The notes: a model not told the origin generated them from the letters alone. 39,615 bases of DNA from Microbacterium sp. (GCA_035564095.1 DATMTQ010000125.1:1-39615), one strand, 5' to 3'; positions 8,467 through 18,020 are shown, counted from the first letter of the stretch. Made by a program: numbers and translations.

Positions 8467-9444
8467 GTGCGTGCGATCATCCATCACGAATTCGGTGACC
8501 CGGCCGAGGTGCTCGGCGTCGAAGACCTGCCTCTGCCCGAACCCGGGCCCCGCGAGGTGCGCCTGCGGGTGCTGCTGTCGCCGATCCACAACCACGACCT
8601 CTGGACGGTGCGCGGCACCTACGGCTACAAACCCGAGCTGCCGGCGCGTGCGGGCACCGAGGCCGTCGGGATCGTCGACGCGGTCGGCGACGAGGTCGAA
8701 GGCATCGCGCTCGGCCAGCGCGTCGCCACCGGCGGCACGTTCGGCGTGTGGGCGGAATCCGCGATCGCGAAGGCCGGCGCGGTCGTCCCCGTGCCCGACG
8801 GCATCCCCGACGAGGTCGCCGCGCAACTCATCTCCATGCCGTTCAGCGCGATCTCGCTCGTCGAGTTCCTGGGCGCCTCCGCGGGCGAGGTGATCCTGCA
8901 GAACACGGCCAACGGGACGGTGGGCCGGCTCGTCGCGCAGATCGCCGCGGGCCGAGGCATCCGCGTCATCGGACTCGTGCGGCGAGCGGAGGAGGTCGCC
9001 GCGCTCGCGGCCGCGGGCATCCCGGACGTCGTGACCACCGCGGACGACGGCTGGCGGGACCGCGTGCGCGAACTCGCCGGGGACCAGCCCATCGGGTTCG
9101 CGGTCGACTCCGTCGGGGGGTCGGCATCGGGTGACCTGCTGCACCTGCTCGCCGAAGGCGGCACGCTCGTCTCCTTCGGCGCCATGGCCTCCGACCGTAT
9201 GGAGCTCTCGTCGGGCGACCTCATCTTCAAGCAGGCGACGGTCAAGGGATTCTGGGGCAGCAAGGTCTCCGCGGCGATGGACTCGGGTACCCGGCGCGCG
9301 CTGTTCGGGGAGCTGTTCGACCTCATCGGCACCGGCCGGCTCGCCCTTCCGGTGGACAGCATCCACCCGCTCGACGACGTGCGCGCCGCCGTGGACGCCA
9401 GCCTCACCCCGGGCCGCATCGGCAAGGTGCTGCTGCGCCCCTGA
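8467..9444 (+). CDS. MDR-superfamily NADPH:quinone/enoyl reductase-like oxidoreductase
   Basis: FGDPAEVL...SPIHNHDLWTVRGTYG...GTEAVG, QNTANGTVG, GRIGKVLL. Confidence 0.92.
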   Translation: MRAIIHHEFGDPAEVLGVEDLPLPEPGPREVRLRVLLSPIHNHDLWTVRGTYGYKPELPARAGTEAVGIVDAVGDEVEGIALGQRVATGGTFGVWAESAIAKAGAVVPVPDGIPDEVAAQLISMPFSAISLVEFLGASAGEVILQNTANGTVGRLVAQIAAGRGIRVIGLVRRAEEVAALAAAGIPDVVTTADDGWRDRVRELAGDQPIGFAVDSVGGSASGDLLHLLAEGGTLVSFGAMASDRMELSSGDLIFKQATVKGFWGSKVSAAMDSGTRRALFGELFDLIGTGRLALPVDSIHPLDDVRAAVDASLTPGRIGKVLLRP

Positions 9445-9445
9445 T

Positions 9446-10363
9446 TCAGCGCTCCGGCAGCCACGCCGCGGGCCGGGCGGCGAGCTCGAACACGACCTCG
9501 GCCGCGCTCGAGGCCGTCTGCCCGGTGCGCCAGGAGATCCCGATCTCGCGGTTCGCGGCCTTGTCGGTGATCGGGATCTCGAGGACGTCCCGGGAGGGCG
9601 GATTCGCGGGCGGCAGGATCGCGACCCCGAGCCCCACCGACACCAGCCCGCGCAGGGTCTGCACGTCTTCGCCCTCGAACCCGCGCACGGGGTCGACCCC
9701 GGCGTCGCGCAGGATGTGGTCGACGTGCGCGCGCAGACCGAAGTCGGCGCCCATCTGCAGCATGACCTGGCCGTCGAGTTCGCGCAGGCGCACCCCGCTG
9801 CGCTGCGCGAAGGGATGCTGCGGCGGGACGGCCAGCACGAGGGGTTCGGCGTAGAGGCGGACGGTGCGGATGCCGGCACCGCCCTCGTGCGGCGGGGAGA
9901 GGAGGGCCACGTCGGTGCGCCCGCTCTCGAGCGCGTGCAGGCACAGGTCGCGGGAGCCCTGGTGCAGCTCGAACCGCGTGCTCGGCCGCTGCTCAAGCAC
10001 CGCCTGCAGCAGTGCCGGCACCACGGTGCGACCCAGCGTGTGCTGGAAATGCACCGTCGCGGTGTTGTCGCGCTGTTCGGCGCGGCGCTTCGCCGCCCCC
10101 GTGCCGGTGAGCACCTCGTCGAGCGCGCGCCGGGCATGCGGCAAGAAGCCGAGCGCCTCCTCGGTGAGCTCGACGCCGCGCCCGCGCCGCGTCAGCACGG
10201 GGGAGCCGAGACGATCGGCCAGGCGCGCCAAGCCGCGGCTGACGGTGGATTGCGGAACGCCGAGCTCATCGGCCGCGGCGCCGACCCCGCCGGCATCCGC
10301 CACGGCGACCAGGTAGGGAAGGTCGGCGAGCACCTCCCGAAGCTCGGCCGTCGCTGCGCTCAT
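9446..10363 (-). CDS. LysR family regulator
   Basis: AAADELGVPQSTVSRGLARL...RRGRGVELTE HTH plus substrate-binding domain; divergent from the MFS gene. Confidence 0.95.
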   Translation of the reverse strand: MSAATAELREVLADLPYLVAVADAGGVGAAADELGVPQSTVSRGLARLADRLGSPVLTRRGRGVELTEEALGFLPHARRALDEVLTGTGAAKRRAEQRDNTATVHFQHTLGRTVVPALLQAVLEQRPSTRFELHQGSRDLCLHALESGRTDVALLSPPHEGGAGIRTVRLYAEPLVLAVPPQHPFAQRSGVRLRELDGQVMLQMGADFGLRAHVDHILRDAGVDPVRGFEGEDVQTLRGLVSVGLGVAILPPANPPSRDVLEIPITDKAANREIGISWRTGQTASSAAEVVFELAARPAAWLPER

Positions 10364-10459
10364 GACCGCATCGTACCGATCAATTCATAGCGACATCGGA
10401 TCAGTGGGATGGCATCGATGCATTTGAGTCACGATTGCGGCCGGCCTAGCGTTGCCGAG

Positions 10460-11734
10460 GTGAGCACGATGACGAAGGGCGCGACCGGCGGGATCGAGGT
10501 GTGGGAGGGGCACCGCGGAGATTCGCGGGAGTACCGCCGCATCCTCATCGCCCTGATCTGCGCCGGCGTCGCCACGTTCGCGCAGCTGTACTCGCCGCAG
10601 GGGATCCTGCCGGAGGTCGCGGGCGCGCTGCGCATCACCCCCGACCAGTCGGCCCTGCTCATCTCGGCGGCCACGATCGGGCTGGCGGCCGGCGTGCTGC
10701 CGTGGTCGTGGGTCGCGGACCGCATCGGGCGCCTGAAGGCGATGAACTGTTCGGTGATCGCCGCCACGGTGCTCGGCTTCGCGGTCATCGCCTGCCCGGG
10801 CTTCGACGGCATCCTGGCGCTGCGCGTCGCCGAAGGCATCGCCGTCGGCGGTGTCCCGGCGCTCGCGATCACCTACCTGCAGGAGGAGATCCACCCGCGG
10901 CACGCCGCCGTCGCCGCCGGAACCTACGTGGCCGGCACCACGATCGGCGGCCTTCTCGGCCGCATCGTCGCGGCTCCGGTGGCGTCCTGGCTCGGCTGGC
11001 GCTGGGGAGTGGGCGCGGTGGTGATCCTGGCCGCGCTCGCCGCCGCCGCATTCATGCTGCTCGTCCCGCGCGCTCGCGGCTTCCGCAAGACGCCCGCCGC
11101 CGAGCGACCCTCGCTAGCGCGCCTCGTGGTCGCCCACCTGCGGTCGTCGGCGCAGCTCGTGCTCTACGCGCAGGGATTCCTGCTCATGGGCGGGTTCGTG
11201 ACGATCTACAACTACCTCGCCTTCCGGCTCACCGCGGCGCCCTTCGATCTGCCGACCGGGATCACCTCGCTGCTGTTCCTCGCCTACCTCGCCGGCACGT
11301 GGTCGTCGCGGCGGGCGGGCCTCGCGGCGACGACGCGCGGACGGCTGCCGGTGCTGCTCGTCTCGACCGCCACGATGATCGCCGGAGTGCTGCTCACTCT
11401 CGTGCCGCTGATGGTGTTCGTGCTCGTCGGGCTGATCGTCTTCACGATCGGCTTCTTCGGCGCCCACGCCGTGGCCTCCGGCTGGACGGCCGCCCGCGCC
11501 ACCGTCGGGCGGGCGCAGGCGACCTCGCTGTACAACCTCTTCTACTACCTGGGTTCGAGCATCGTCGGCTGGGCCGGCGGCGTCGTGTTCACGCGTGCGG
11601 GGTGGGATGCCACCGCGCTGACGGTGGCCGCGCTGGCGGTGCTCGCCGGCTGTTGGGCCGGCTTGGCTCTCCGCCGGAAGCGCCACGCAACCGACGACGG
11701 CGGAGAGGACGGATTGGCCCCACGGCCGGAGTAG
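10460..11734 (+). CDS. MFS transporter (YnfM-like)
   Basis: GVATFAQLYSPQGILP, ADRIGR motif A, ATSLYNLFYYLGSS; about 12 TM. Start uncertain (10460 GTG or 10469 ATG). Confidence 0.92.
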   Translation: MSTMTKGATGGIEVWEGHRGDSREYRRILIALICAGVATFAQLYSPQGILPEVAGALRITPDQSALLISAATIGLAAGVLPWSWVADRIGRLKAMNCSVIAATVLGFAVIACPGFDGILALRVAEGIAVGGVPALAITYLQEEIHPRHAAVAAGTYVAGTTIGGLLGRIVAAPVASWLGWRWGVGAVVILAALAAAAFMLLVPRARGFRKTPAAERPSLARLVVAHLRSSAQLVLYAQGFLLMGGFVTIYNYLAFRLTAAPFDLPTGITSLLFLAYLAGTWSSRRAGLAATTRGRLPVLLVSTATMIAGVLLTLVPLMVFVLVGLIVFTIGFFGAHAVASGWTAARATVGRAQATSLYNLFYYLGSSIVGWAGGVVFTRAGWDATALTVAALAVLAGCWAGLALRRKRHATDDGGEDGLAPRPE

Positions 11735-11744
11735 GTTCGGGCGT

Positions 11745-12077
11745 ATGGCCACGCACCGGAGTCACGCCGAACTGGCCGTCGCGCTGCGGCGGCGCCTGCA
11801 GGACTCGGGCGTCATCGGGGCGGGCCTGCGCACCGGCGCGATGCACGCCGGCGCGGGTGCCCCCGCCGAGCTCGCGGAGCCGTACGGCTCGGTGGCGCGC
11901 ACGATCGGCGTGGCGTCGTACCGTGTCACCGACGCCCAGGTCGCCGCCGTGCGGGACGTCGCCGGCTCCGACCGGGCCGCTTTCGAGGTCGTGATGTCGG
12001 CGAGCGTCGGCGCCGGACTCGCCCGGTGGGATGCCGCGATGCGTGCGATCCGGGAGGCGACCGATGCGGCTGGCTGA
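11745..12077 (+). CDS. Small AhpD-like helical hypothetical protein
   Basis: SYRVTDAQVAAVR...SDRAAFEVVMSASVGAG resembles a CMD/AhpD C-terminal half; overlaps the next gene. Confidence 0.7.
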   Translation: MATHRSHAELAVALRRRLQDSGVIGAGLRTGAMHAGAGAPAELAEPYGSVARTIGVASYRVTDAQVAAVRDVAGSDRAAFEVVMSASVGAGLARWDAAMRAIREATDAAG

Positions 12078-12645
12078 GGTCGAACACGGCGACACCCTGG
12101 CGCACCGGTTGCTGATCCGGACGATCTCGCGCGTGGCCGGGTACCGGCTGCCGGACGCCGCCCGCGTCGCGTTCTACGACAAGGCGTTCGTCGGCCCCGT
12201 GCTCGGCGAATGGACGCAGCGGGCGATGCGCGGGCCGAGCAGCTGGTCGGTGTCGGAGCGCGAGCTCATGGCGGCGATGGTGGCGTCGTGGAACACCTGC
12301 CCGTTCTGCGTCGGCGCGCACCGCGCGATCGCCGTGCGCGGCATGGACCCGGTCGTCGCGGATGCCGCGCTCGCCGACTACCGCTCGGCGCCGATCGGCG
12401 AGCGGCTGCGGGCCGCGCTCGTGTTCCTGGAGCGGCTGACGCGGCAGCCGGACGAGCTCTCCGGCGCCGATGCGCAGACTGCCTTCGACGCCGGGCTCTC
12501 GCCCGCGGACCTCGAGGATGCCGCGGCCGTCGCCGCCGTGTTCGCGGTGATCACCCGCAACGCCAACGTGCTGGACTTCGACATCCCGAGCATCGACGAT
12601 TTCGACCGCGCGGCCGTCATGCTGCTGCGACGCGGCTACTCCTGA
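12064..12645 (+). CDS. AhpD/CMD-family peroxidase-related protein
   Basis: ERELMAAMVASWNTCPFCVGAH (CxxC..H AhpD core). Confidence 0.88.
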   Translation: MRLAEVEHGDTLAHRLLIRTISRVAGYRLPDAARVAFYDKAFVGPVLGEWTQRAMRGPSSWSVSERELMAAMVASWNTCPFCVGAHRAIAVRGMDPVVADAALADYRSAPIGERLRAALVFLERLTRQPDELSGADAQTAFDAGLSPADLEDAAAVAAVFAVITRNANVLDFDIPSIDDFDRAAVMLLRRGYS

Positions 12646-12659
12646 GCGTCCGGACCCAG

Positions 12660-12694
12660 CGAGGAGGGCGCCCCGGTCGGGGACGCCCTCCTCG
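12660..12694. terminator. Hairpin between convergent genes (likely bidirectional terminator)
   Basis: CGAGGAGGGCG-CCCC-GGTC-GGGG-A-CGCCCTCCTCG. Confidence 0.75.
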
Positions 12695-12702
12695 GTCGTG
12701 TA

Positions 12703-13983
12703 TCAGTGACTCAGCGCAGTGATGATCGCCCCCACATCCGGTGTGCCGTACCCGGTGGGCCGGTCCCATCCGCCGGTCGCGGAGAATCCGCCCATGAAGG
12801 TCGGGGTGTCGTTGCTGCCGACGGTGACGTCGTTCAGCTGACCGTTCGCAGCCCAGCCGGTGAGGTACTGGTTCACGCCGCCGACGGGGTGTCCGACCGC
12901 CTGGATGACATCCGCGGTCAGCGCCGCCCACTGGGGCGAGCCGGCCGAGGTGCCGCCGAAGAAGTAGAACCCGTCGTTGGCCGCGCCGAGGAACCCGAGG
13001 TAGGTCAGCACGCCGGTGTAGACGCTGGCGTTGTACGCGACATCCGACCCGCCCTTGGAGGTGATGAGGCTCGGTGCCCCGCCGGTGGCGCCGAAGGGGC
13101 CGTCGCCGCACGTGGTCGGGCAGTTCGTGAAGTCGCCCCACACGGTTTCGCGCGGCTCGTTCAGCCCGCTGCCGACCCACAGGTTCGTACCGCCCACGGC
13201 GGTGACGAGCGGATCGGATGCCGGGAACCCGAAGTTCGCGAAGCCGGCCCCGTTGTCCGAGCCCGCATCGCCGGAGGAGGCGAACACCGACATATGCTGG
13301 GCGGCCGCGCTGACGTACACGCCGTGCGCCTGCGCGAGCTGGCCGTTGTTGCCGTGGATCGTGTTCTCCGGGATGCCGAAGCTCATCGACATGACGTTGC
13401 CGAGGTGGTGGCTGACCGCCCACTTCTCGGCGGCGTTGAGGTTGTCGCCGTAGGGGGTCGCCGACACGACGAGGTCGATCGTGGCGCCGGGCGCGACCGC
13501 GTGGGCCCACTGCACGTCGAGCGAGGTCTCCTCTGCCCAGTTCACCTGGGTGCGCGAGCCGGTCCAGGTCGGCATGCCGACGGGGTAGTACACGTTCAGC
13601 GTCGCGGCCGGCAGGCCGAACGCCGCGGAGAAGTTCGCGAGGTCGCTGCGCACGGTCGGGCTGCCGTAGGCGTCGAGGATGACGATCGTCTGACCGGTGC
13701 CGGCGGGGTCGCCGTTGACGGTGGCGGGGATGTCGTAGGCGGCGCGGATGCTGTCGGGCGTCTGGCAGGCGAACTCCCCGCCGGTGGCCGCGAGACAGTC
13801 CGCGGGGTTCTGCGGCAGGGCCGCGACGTGCGAGAAGTGCGCGCGCTGGATGATCGGGTGCACGCTGTACACGAGACCGGACGACGGGCTCGTGGCCGCT
13901 GTCGCGGGGCCGGCGGCTGCGGCGATGAGGCCCAGCGCTCCGGCGGCGGCCAGGACGATCCTGGCCAGGGATGAGTGCTTCAT
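12703..13983 (-). CDS. Secreted S53 (sedolisin/kumamolisin) family peptidase without activation prodomain
   Basis: Signal peptide MKHSSLARIVLAAAGALGLIAAAAGPATA; EETSLDVQWAHAVAP (ExxxD), SSGDAG, GGTSAGSP, GWDRPTGYGTP; GAAGGAG RBS. Confidence 0.92.
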   Translation of the reverse strand: MKHSSLARIVLAAAGALGLIAAAAGPATAATSPSSGLVYSVHPIIQRAHFSHVAALPQNPADCLAATGGEFACQTPDSIRAAYDIPATVNGDPAGTGQTIVILDAYGSPTVRSDLANFSAAFGLPAATLNVYYPVGMPTWTGSRTQVNWAEETSLDVQWAHAVAPGATIDLVVSATPYGDNLNAAEKWAVSHHLGNVMSMSFGIPENTIHGNNGQLAQAHGVYVSAAAQHMSVFASSGDAGSDNGAGFANFGFPASDPLVTAVGGTNLWVGSGLNEPRETVWGDFTNCPTTCGDGPFGATGGAPSLITSKGGSDVAYNASVYTGVLTYLGFLGAANDGFYFFGGTSAGSPQWAALTADVIQAVGHPVGGVNQYLTGWAANGQLNDVTVGSNDTPTFMGGFSATGGWDRPTGYGTPDVGAIITALSH

Positions 13984-14219
13984 TGACACTCCTTCGGTTG
14001 CGAATCTCGATGTCTCCGGTCGGGTTCGAGGGGAGATCCATCGGAAACATACGTCCGATGCCCGCGTTGCGCCAGGGGTCAGCCGTCGATCTGGCACCTC
14101 GGGCATGTAGTCCGCTCAGTCGGCGTCGAGTCGGGCCACTCGTGCGCTCGGTGGCGTGCGTGGCATCCTCGAAGTGGACGCGACGCCGCGACGCCGCGGA
14201 GTCGACGAAGGAGTTGCCC

Positions 14220-15020
14220 ATGCCCGAAGCCGCAGATGCTGCACGCGATGCCCGGGGCCGGCTGCAGGGCAAGACCGCGATCGTCACCGGCGCGAGCCGG
14301 GGGATCGGATTCGCGGTCGCGCAGCGGCTCGTCGCCGAGGGCGCGAACGTCGTCATCACCGCTCGGCATGAAGATGCGCTGAAGGATGCCGCGGCATCCC
14401 TCGGCGACCGCGCCGGATACGTCGCCGGCAAGGCCGACGACCCGGCGCACCAGGACGAGGTCATCGCGACGGCGATCGCCCGGTTCGGCGGTGCCGATCT
14501 GCTCGTCAACAACACCGGCATCAACCCGGCGTACGGGCCACTCCTGGAGCTCGACCTCGGCGTCGGCCGCAAGATCCTCGAGGTCAACGTGCTCGCGGCG
14601 CTCGCCTGGGTGCAGAAGCTGCACGCGGCGTGGATGGGCGAACACGGCGGCGCGATCGTCAACATCGCATCGGTCGCCGCGATCCGGCCGGCGCCGAAGA
14701 TCGCCATGTACGGGGTGAGCAAAGCCGCGCTCGTGCACCTCACCGAAGAGCTCGCGGTGGAGTTGGGGCCGGGCATCCGGGTCAACGCCGTCGCGCCGGG
14801 CGTCGTCAAGACGGACTTCGCGAAAGCCCTGTACGAGGGGCGCGAAGCGTCGGTGGCGTCGGTCTATGCGCTGAAGCGGCTCGGGGTTCCCGACGACATC
14901 GGCGGCGTCGTCGCGTTCCTGCTGTCCGACGACGCGGGCTGGATGACCGGTCAGACGCTCGTCGTCGACGGCGGCGCGACGCTCGGCAACGGCGAGGCCG
15001 CCGGGACCTCCGTTGGCTGA
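14220..15020 (+). CDS. Short-chain dehydrogenase/reductase
   Basis: TGASRGIG, NNTG, YGVSK; GAAGGAG RBS before ATG 14220. Confidence 0.95.
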   Translation: MPEAADAARDARGRLQGKTAIVTGASRGIGFAVAQRLVAEGANVVITARHEDALKDAAASLGDRAGYVAGKADDPAHQDEVIATAIARFGGADLLVNNTGINPAYGPLLELDLGVGRKILEVNVLAALAWVQKLHAAWMGEHGGAIVNIASVAAIRPAPKIAMYGVSKAALVHLTEELAVELGPGIRVNAVAPGVVKTDFAKALYEGREASVASVYALKRLGVPDDIGGVVAFLLSDDAGWMTGQTLVVDGGATLGNGEAAGTSVG

Positions 15021-16047
15021 GACCGCGTTGCCGGGGCTGGACCTGCCCCGGCTGGGCGCGTGGTTCGCGCAGGCGGTTCCGGATGCCGGTGCCTCGCTGC
15101 GGGCCACCCTGATCACAGGGGGCAAGTCGAACCTCACCTACGACGTGAGCGACGGCATCCGGCACTTCATCGTGCGGCGTCCCCCGCTCGGCCACGTGCT
15201 GGCGACCGCCCACGACATGGCCCGCGAGTACCGCGTGATGTCGGCGCTGCAGGGCACCGCGGTGCCGGTGCCGCGGATGTTCGCGCTCTGCTCCGACGAG
15301 GCTGTGATCGGCGCCCCGTTCACGGTGATGGAGCGGGTCGAAGGCACGTCGTACGCGCGGGCAGCCGCGCTCGAGGCGATCGGTTCCGCGCGCGCCCGCA
15401 CGGTCTCCGAGCGGCTGGTCGACACCCTCGCCGACCTGCACGCGGTGGTTCCGGATGCCGTCGGCCTCGGCGATTTCGGACGCCCCGACGGATTCCTCAC
15501 CCGTCAGGTCGGCCGCTGGAAGGTGCAGCTCGACGCATCCCGCACCCGCGACCTGCCCGCTGCCGACGAACTGCACCGCCGCCTCGCCGCCGCCGTTCCG
15601 GCCGGAAGGGACGCCGGAATCGTGCACGGCGACTACCGGCTCGACAACGTGCTCATCGACGCCGAGGATCGTCCCGCAGCCGTCATCGACTGGGAGATGG
15701 CGACCCTCGGTGACCCGCTGACCGACCTCGCGCTGATGCTCGTCTACGGGCGCATGGCCGAGCACCTCGGCGCCGGCGCCGGTGTCACCGACGCGAACCT
15801 CGCACCCGGCTACCTCGGTGAGGACGAGATCATCGACCGGTACGAGGCGCAGAGCTCGCGCGACCTCTCCCGGTTCGGCTTCCACCTGGGGCTCGCGTCG
15901 TTCAAGCTGGCGGGCATCCTCGAGGGCATCCACCACCGGTACCTGCACGGGCAGACCGTCGGGGCCGGGTTCGAGGGCATCGGCGCGCTCGTCGAGCCCC
16001 TGCTGCGGTCCGGGCTCGAGGCCCTCGACACCGACCAGGCACGCTGA
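15013..16047 (+). CDS. APH-family phosphotransferase (ACAD10/11 kinase-domain / LvaA-like)
   Basis: GGKSNLTY, RRPPLGHVLATAHDMARE, HGDYRLDN, IDWEMATLGDPL. Confidence 0.92.
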   Translation: MAETALPGLDLPRLGAWFAQAVPDAGASLRATLITGGKSNLTYDVSDGIRHFIVRRPPLGHVLATAHDMAREYRVMSALQGTAVPVPRMFALCSDEAVIGAPFTVMERVEGTSYARAAALEAIGSARARTVSERLVDTLADLHAVVPDAVGLGDFGRPDGFLTRQVGRWKVQLDASRTRDLPAADELHRRLAAAVPAGRDAGIVHGDYRLDNVLIDAEDRPAAVIDWEMATLGDPLTDLALMLVYGRMAEHLGAGAGVTDANLAPGYLGEDEIIDRYEAQSSRDLSRFGFHLGLASFKLAGILEGIHHRYLHGQTVGAGFEGIGALVEPLLRSGLEALDTDQAR

Positions 16048-16061
16048 GACGGAGACACGCG

Positions 16062-17357
16062 ATGGATTTCGGATTCGACGACCGCACGCTCGAGGTGCGC
16101 CAGAGGCTGCTCGACTTCATGGACGGCCATGTCGTGCCGGCCGAGGAGGCCTTCCACGCCCAGCTCGCCGGGCTCGAGGACCCGTGGGCGTGGGACTCGG
16201 TGCCGATCCTGAAGCAGCTGCAGGCCGACGCCCGCGCCCGAGGGCTGTGGAATCTCTTCCTGCCGGGCGAGGGCGGCGCGGGCCTGACCAACCTGCAGTA
16301 CGCGCCGCTGGCCGAGATCATGGGACGTCACATCGAGCTCGCACCGCCCGTGTTCAACTGCGCCGCGCCCGACACCGGCAACATCGAGGTGCTGAACGAG
16401 TTCGGCACCGACCCGCAGAAGCAGCGATGGCTGCAGCCGCTGCTGGACGGCGAGATCCGGTCCGCGTTCGCGATGACCGAGCCCGCCGTCGCGTCGTCGG
16501 ATGCCACCAACATCGAGACCTCGATCGTGCGCGACGGCGACGAGTACGTCGTCAACGGGCGCAAGTGGTTCATCACCGGCGCGATGAACCCGAACTGCGC
16601 GGTGTTCATCGTCATGGGCAAGACCGACCCCGGGGCATCCCGCCACCGTCAGCAGTCGCAGATCATCGTGCCGCGCGACACCCCCGGCCTCACGGTCGTG
16701 CGGGGCATGCACGTGCTCGGCTACGACGACCGCGCCCACGGCGGCCACGCGGAGGTGCTGTTCGAACACGTCCGGGTGCCTGCATCCCACCTGATCGCCG
16801 GCGAAGGCGAGGGGTTCGCGATCGCCCAGGCGCGGCTCGGCCCGGGCCGCATCCATCACTGCATGCGCGCGATCGGCATCGCGGAGCGCGTCGTCGAGCT
16901 GATGTGCGCCCGGGCGGACGGCCGCGTGGCGTCGGGCCGCAAGCTGTCCGAGCAGGGCGTCGTCCGCGCCTGGATCGCGGATGCCCGCGTCAAGATCGAA
17001 CAGCTGCGGCTGCTCGTGCTGAAGACCGCGTGGCTCATGGACACCGTCGGCAATCGCGGTGCGCACACCGAGATTCAGGCGATCAAGATCGCGACGCCCA
17101 GGGTGGTGCAGCAGATCGTCGACGACGCGGTGCAGCTCTACGGGGCCGGCGGGCTGTCGCAGGATTTCCCTCTGGCGAGGGCGTACGCCGCCGTGCGGAC
17201 GCTGCGCCTGGTCGACGGTCCGGACGAGGCGCACATCGACGCGCTCGCGCGGGCCGAGCTGCGCCGTCAGGCAGCGGCCCGCGACGTGCGCGACGACGTG
17301 CGCGACGTGCGCGACGCCCCGGACGGAGGTCTTCCGGGCTCAGTCGCCGAGGGCTGA
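16062..17357 (+). CDS. Acyl-CoA dehydrogenase (ACAD10/11 / LvaC-like)
   Basis: FNCAAPDTGNIEVL, SAFAMTEPAVASSDATNI, AQARLGPGRIHHCMR, RTLRLVDGPDEAH. Confidence 0.95.
   Translation: MDFGFDDRTLEVRQRLLDFMDGHVVPAEEAFHAQLAGLEDPWAWDSVPILKQLQADARARGLWNLFLPGEGGAGLTNLQYAPLAEIMGRHIELAPPVFNCAAPDTGNIEVLNEFGTDPQKQRWLQPLLDGEIRSAFAMTEPAVASSDATNIETSIVRDGDEYVVNGRKWFITGAMNPNCAVFIVMGKTDPGASRHRQQSQIIVPRDTPGLTVVRGMHVLGYDDRAHGGHAEVLFEHVRVPASHLIAGEGEGFAIAQARLGPGRIHHCMRAIGIAERVVELMCARADGRVASGRKLSEQGVVRAWIADARVKIEQLRLLVLKTAWLMDTVGNRGAHTEIQAIKIATPRVVQQIVDDAVQLYGAGGLSQDFPLARAYAAVRTLRLVDGPDEAHIDALARAELRRQAAARDVRDDVRDVRDAPDGGLPGSVAEG
17280..17316 (+). repeat. Short tandem repeat (CGCGACGTG units) in the ACAD tail
   Basis: Encodes RDVRDDVRDVRD. 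Confidence 0.7.
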
Positions 17358-18020
17358 CGCCAGCGTGAGCATCTGCGCGGCGAGCACGTTCCCCAGGGTG
17401 CCGGATGCCGCGTCCCCGAGGAAGCCGCCGAGGGATGCCAGCGCGCGCCTGGCGCGCGCGGCCGAATTCGCGGACACCGCACCGCGGGCGTCTTCGATGA
17501 GGGTGCTGACGACCGTCGCGGTGTCGGCCGGCAGCAGCGGGACCGCCTGGGTGACGGCATCCAGCAGGTCGCCGACGGTCCTGCTCCAGTCGTCTCCCGG
17601 CGCGGGAAGCGGGACGGCAGGGGAGGGAACGGGCATGGCCGGATCGGGCGGATCAGCCCGCAGGTGCAGGGTGGCGGCGAGCGGCGCGCCCGGGGCGGGA
17701 ATCGGCACGGGGACAGGCGTCGTGCCCGTGCCCAGCGGGATGCCGGCCCGCGCCATCATCTGGGTGAACTCCTCCGCCTTGATCTTTCCCGGTGCGGTCA
17801 TCTGTACGCGCCGGCCGCCGGACCGATCCGTGTCGATCACCGCGAAGCCCTGCCGCTCGAGGTCGTCCAGCTCGTCGGCGACCGAACCGTCGAACGCGGC
17901 GTCGTTGCGCAGCAGGTCGGCCACGAGATCCTCGGAGACGGGCGTGCGGGTCTTCGCGCCGGTGGCATCCCTCAGCGCGATCAGCACCCGCAGCAGCCGC
18001 GACTCCGTGGTTGTCAGCAT
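17340..18020 (-). CDS. Hypothetical protein, possible N-terminal winged helix, Pro-rich linker, helical C-terminus
   Basis: 226-aa ORF with plausible composition; DELDDLERQGFAVI...VQMTAPGKIKAE resembles a wHTH wing. Confidence 0.65.
   Translation of the reverse strand: MLTTTESRLLRVLIALRDATGAKTRTPVSEDLVADLLRNDAAFDGSVADELDDLERQGFAVIDTDRSGGRRVQMTAPGKIKAEEFTQMMARAGIPLGTGTTPVPVPIPAPGAPLAATLHLRADPPDPAMPVPSPAVPLPAPGDDWSRTVGDLLDAVTQAVPLLPADTATVVSTLIEDARGAVSANSAARARRALASLGGFLGDAASGTLGNVLAAQMLTLASALGD

Noticed and set aside
12064-12645. Selenocysteine read-through in the AhpD-like genes
   Set aside because: CPFC is encoded by ordinary Cys codons; no in-frame TGA.
14039-14060. CATCGGA-N8-TCCGATG inverted repeat upstream of the first S53 gene
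   Set aside because: Short arms and no adjacent regulator; could be chance.
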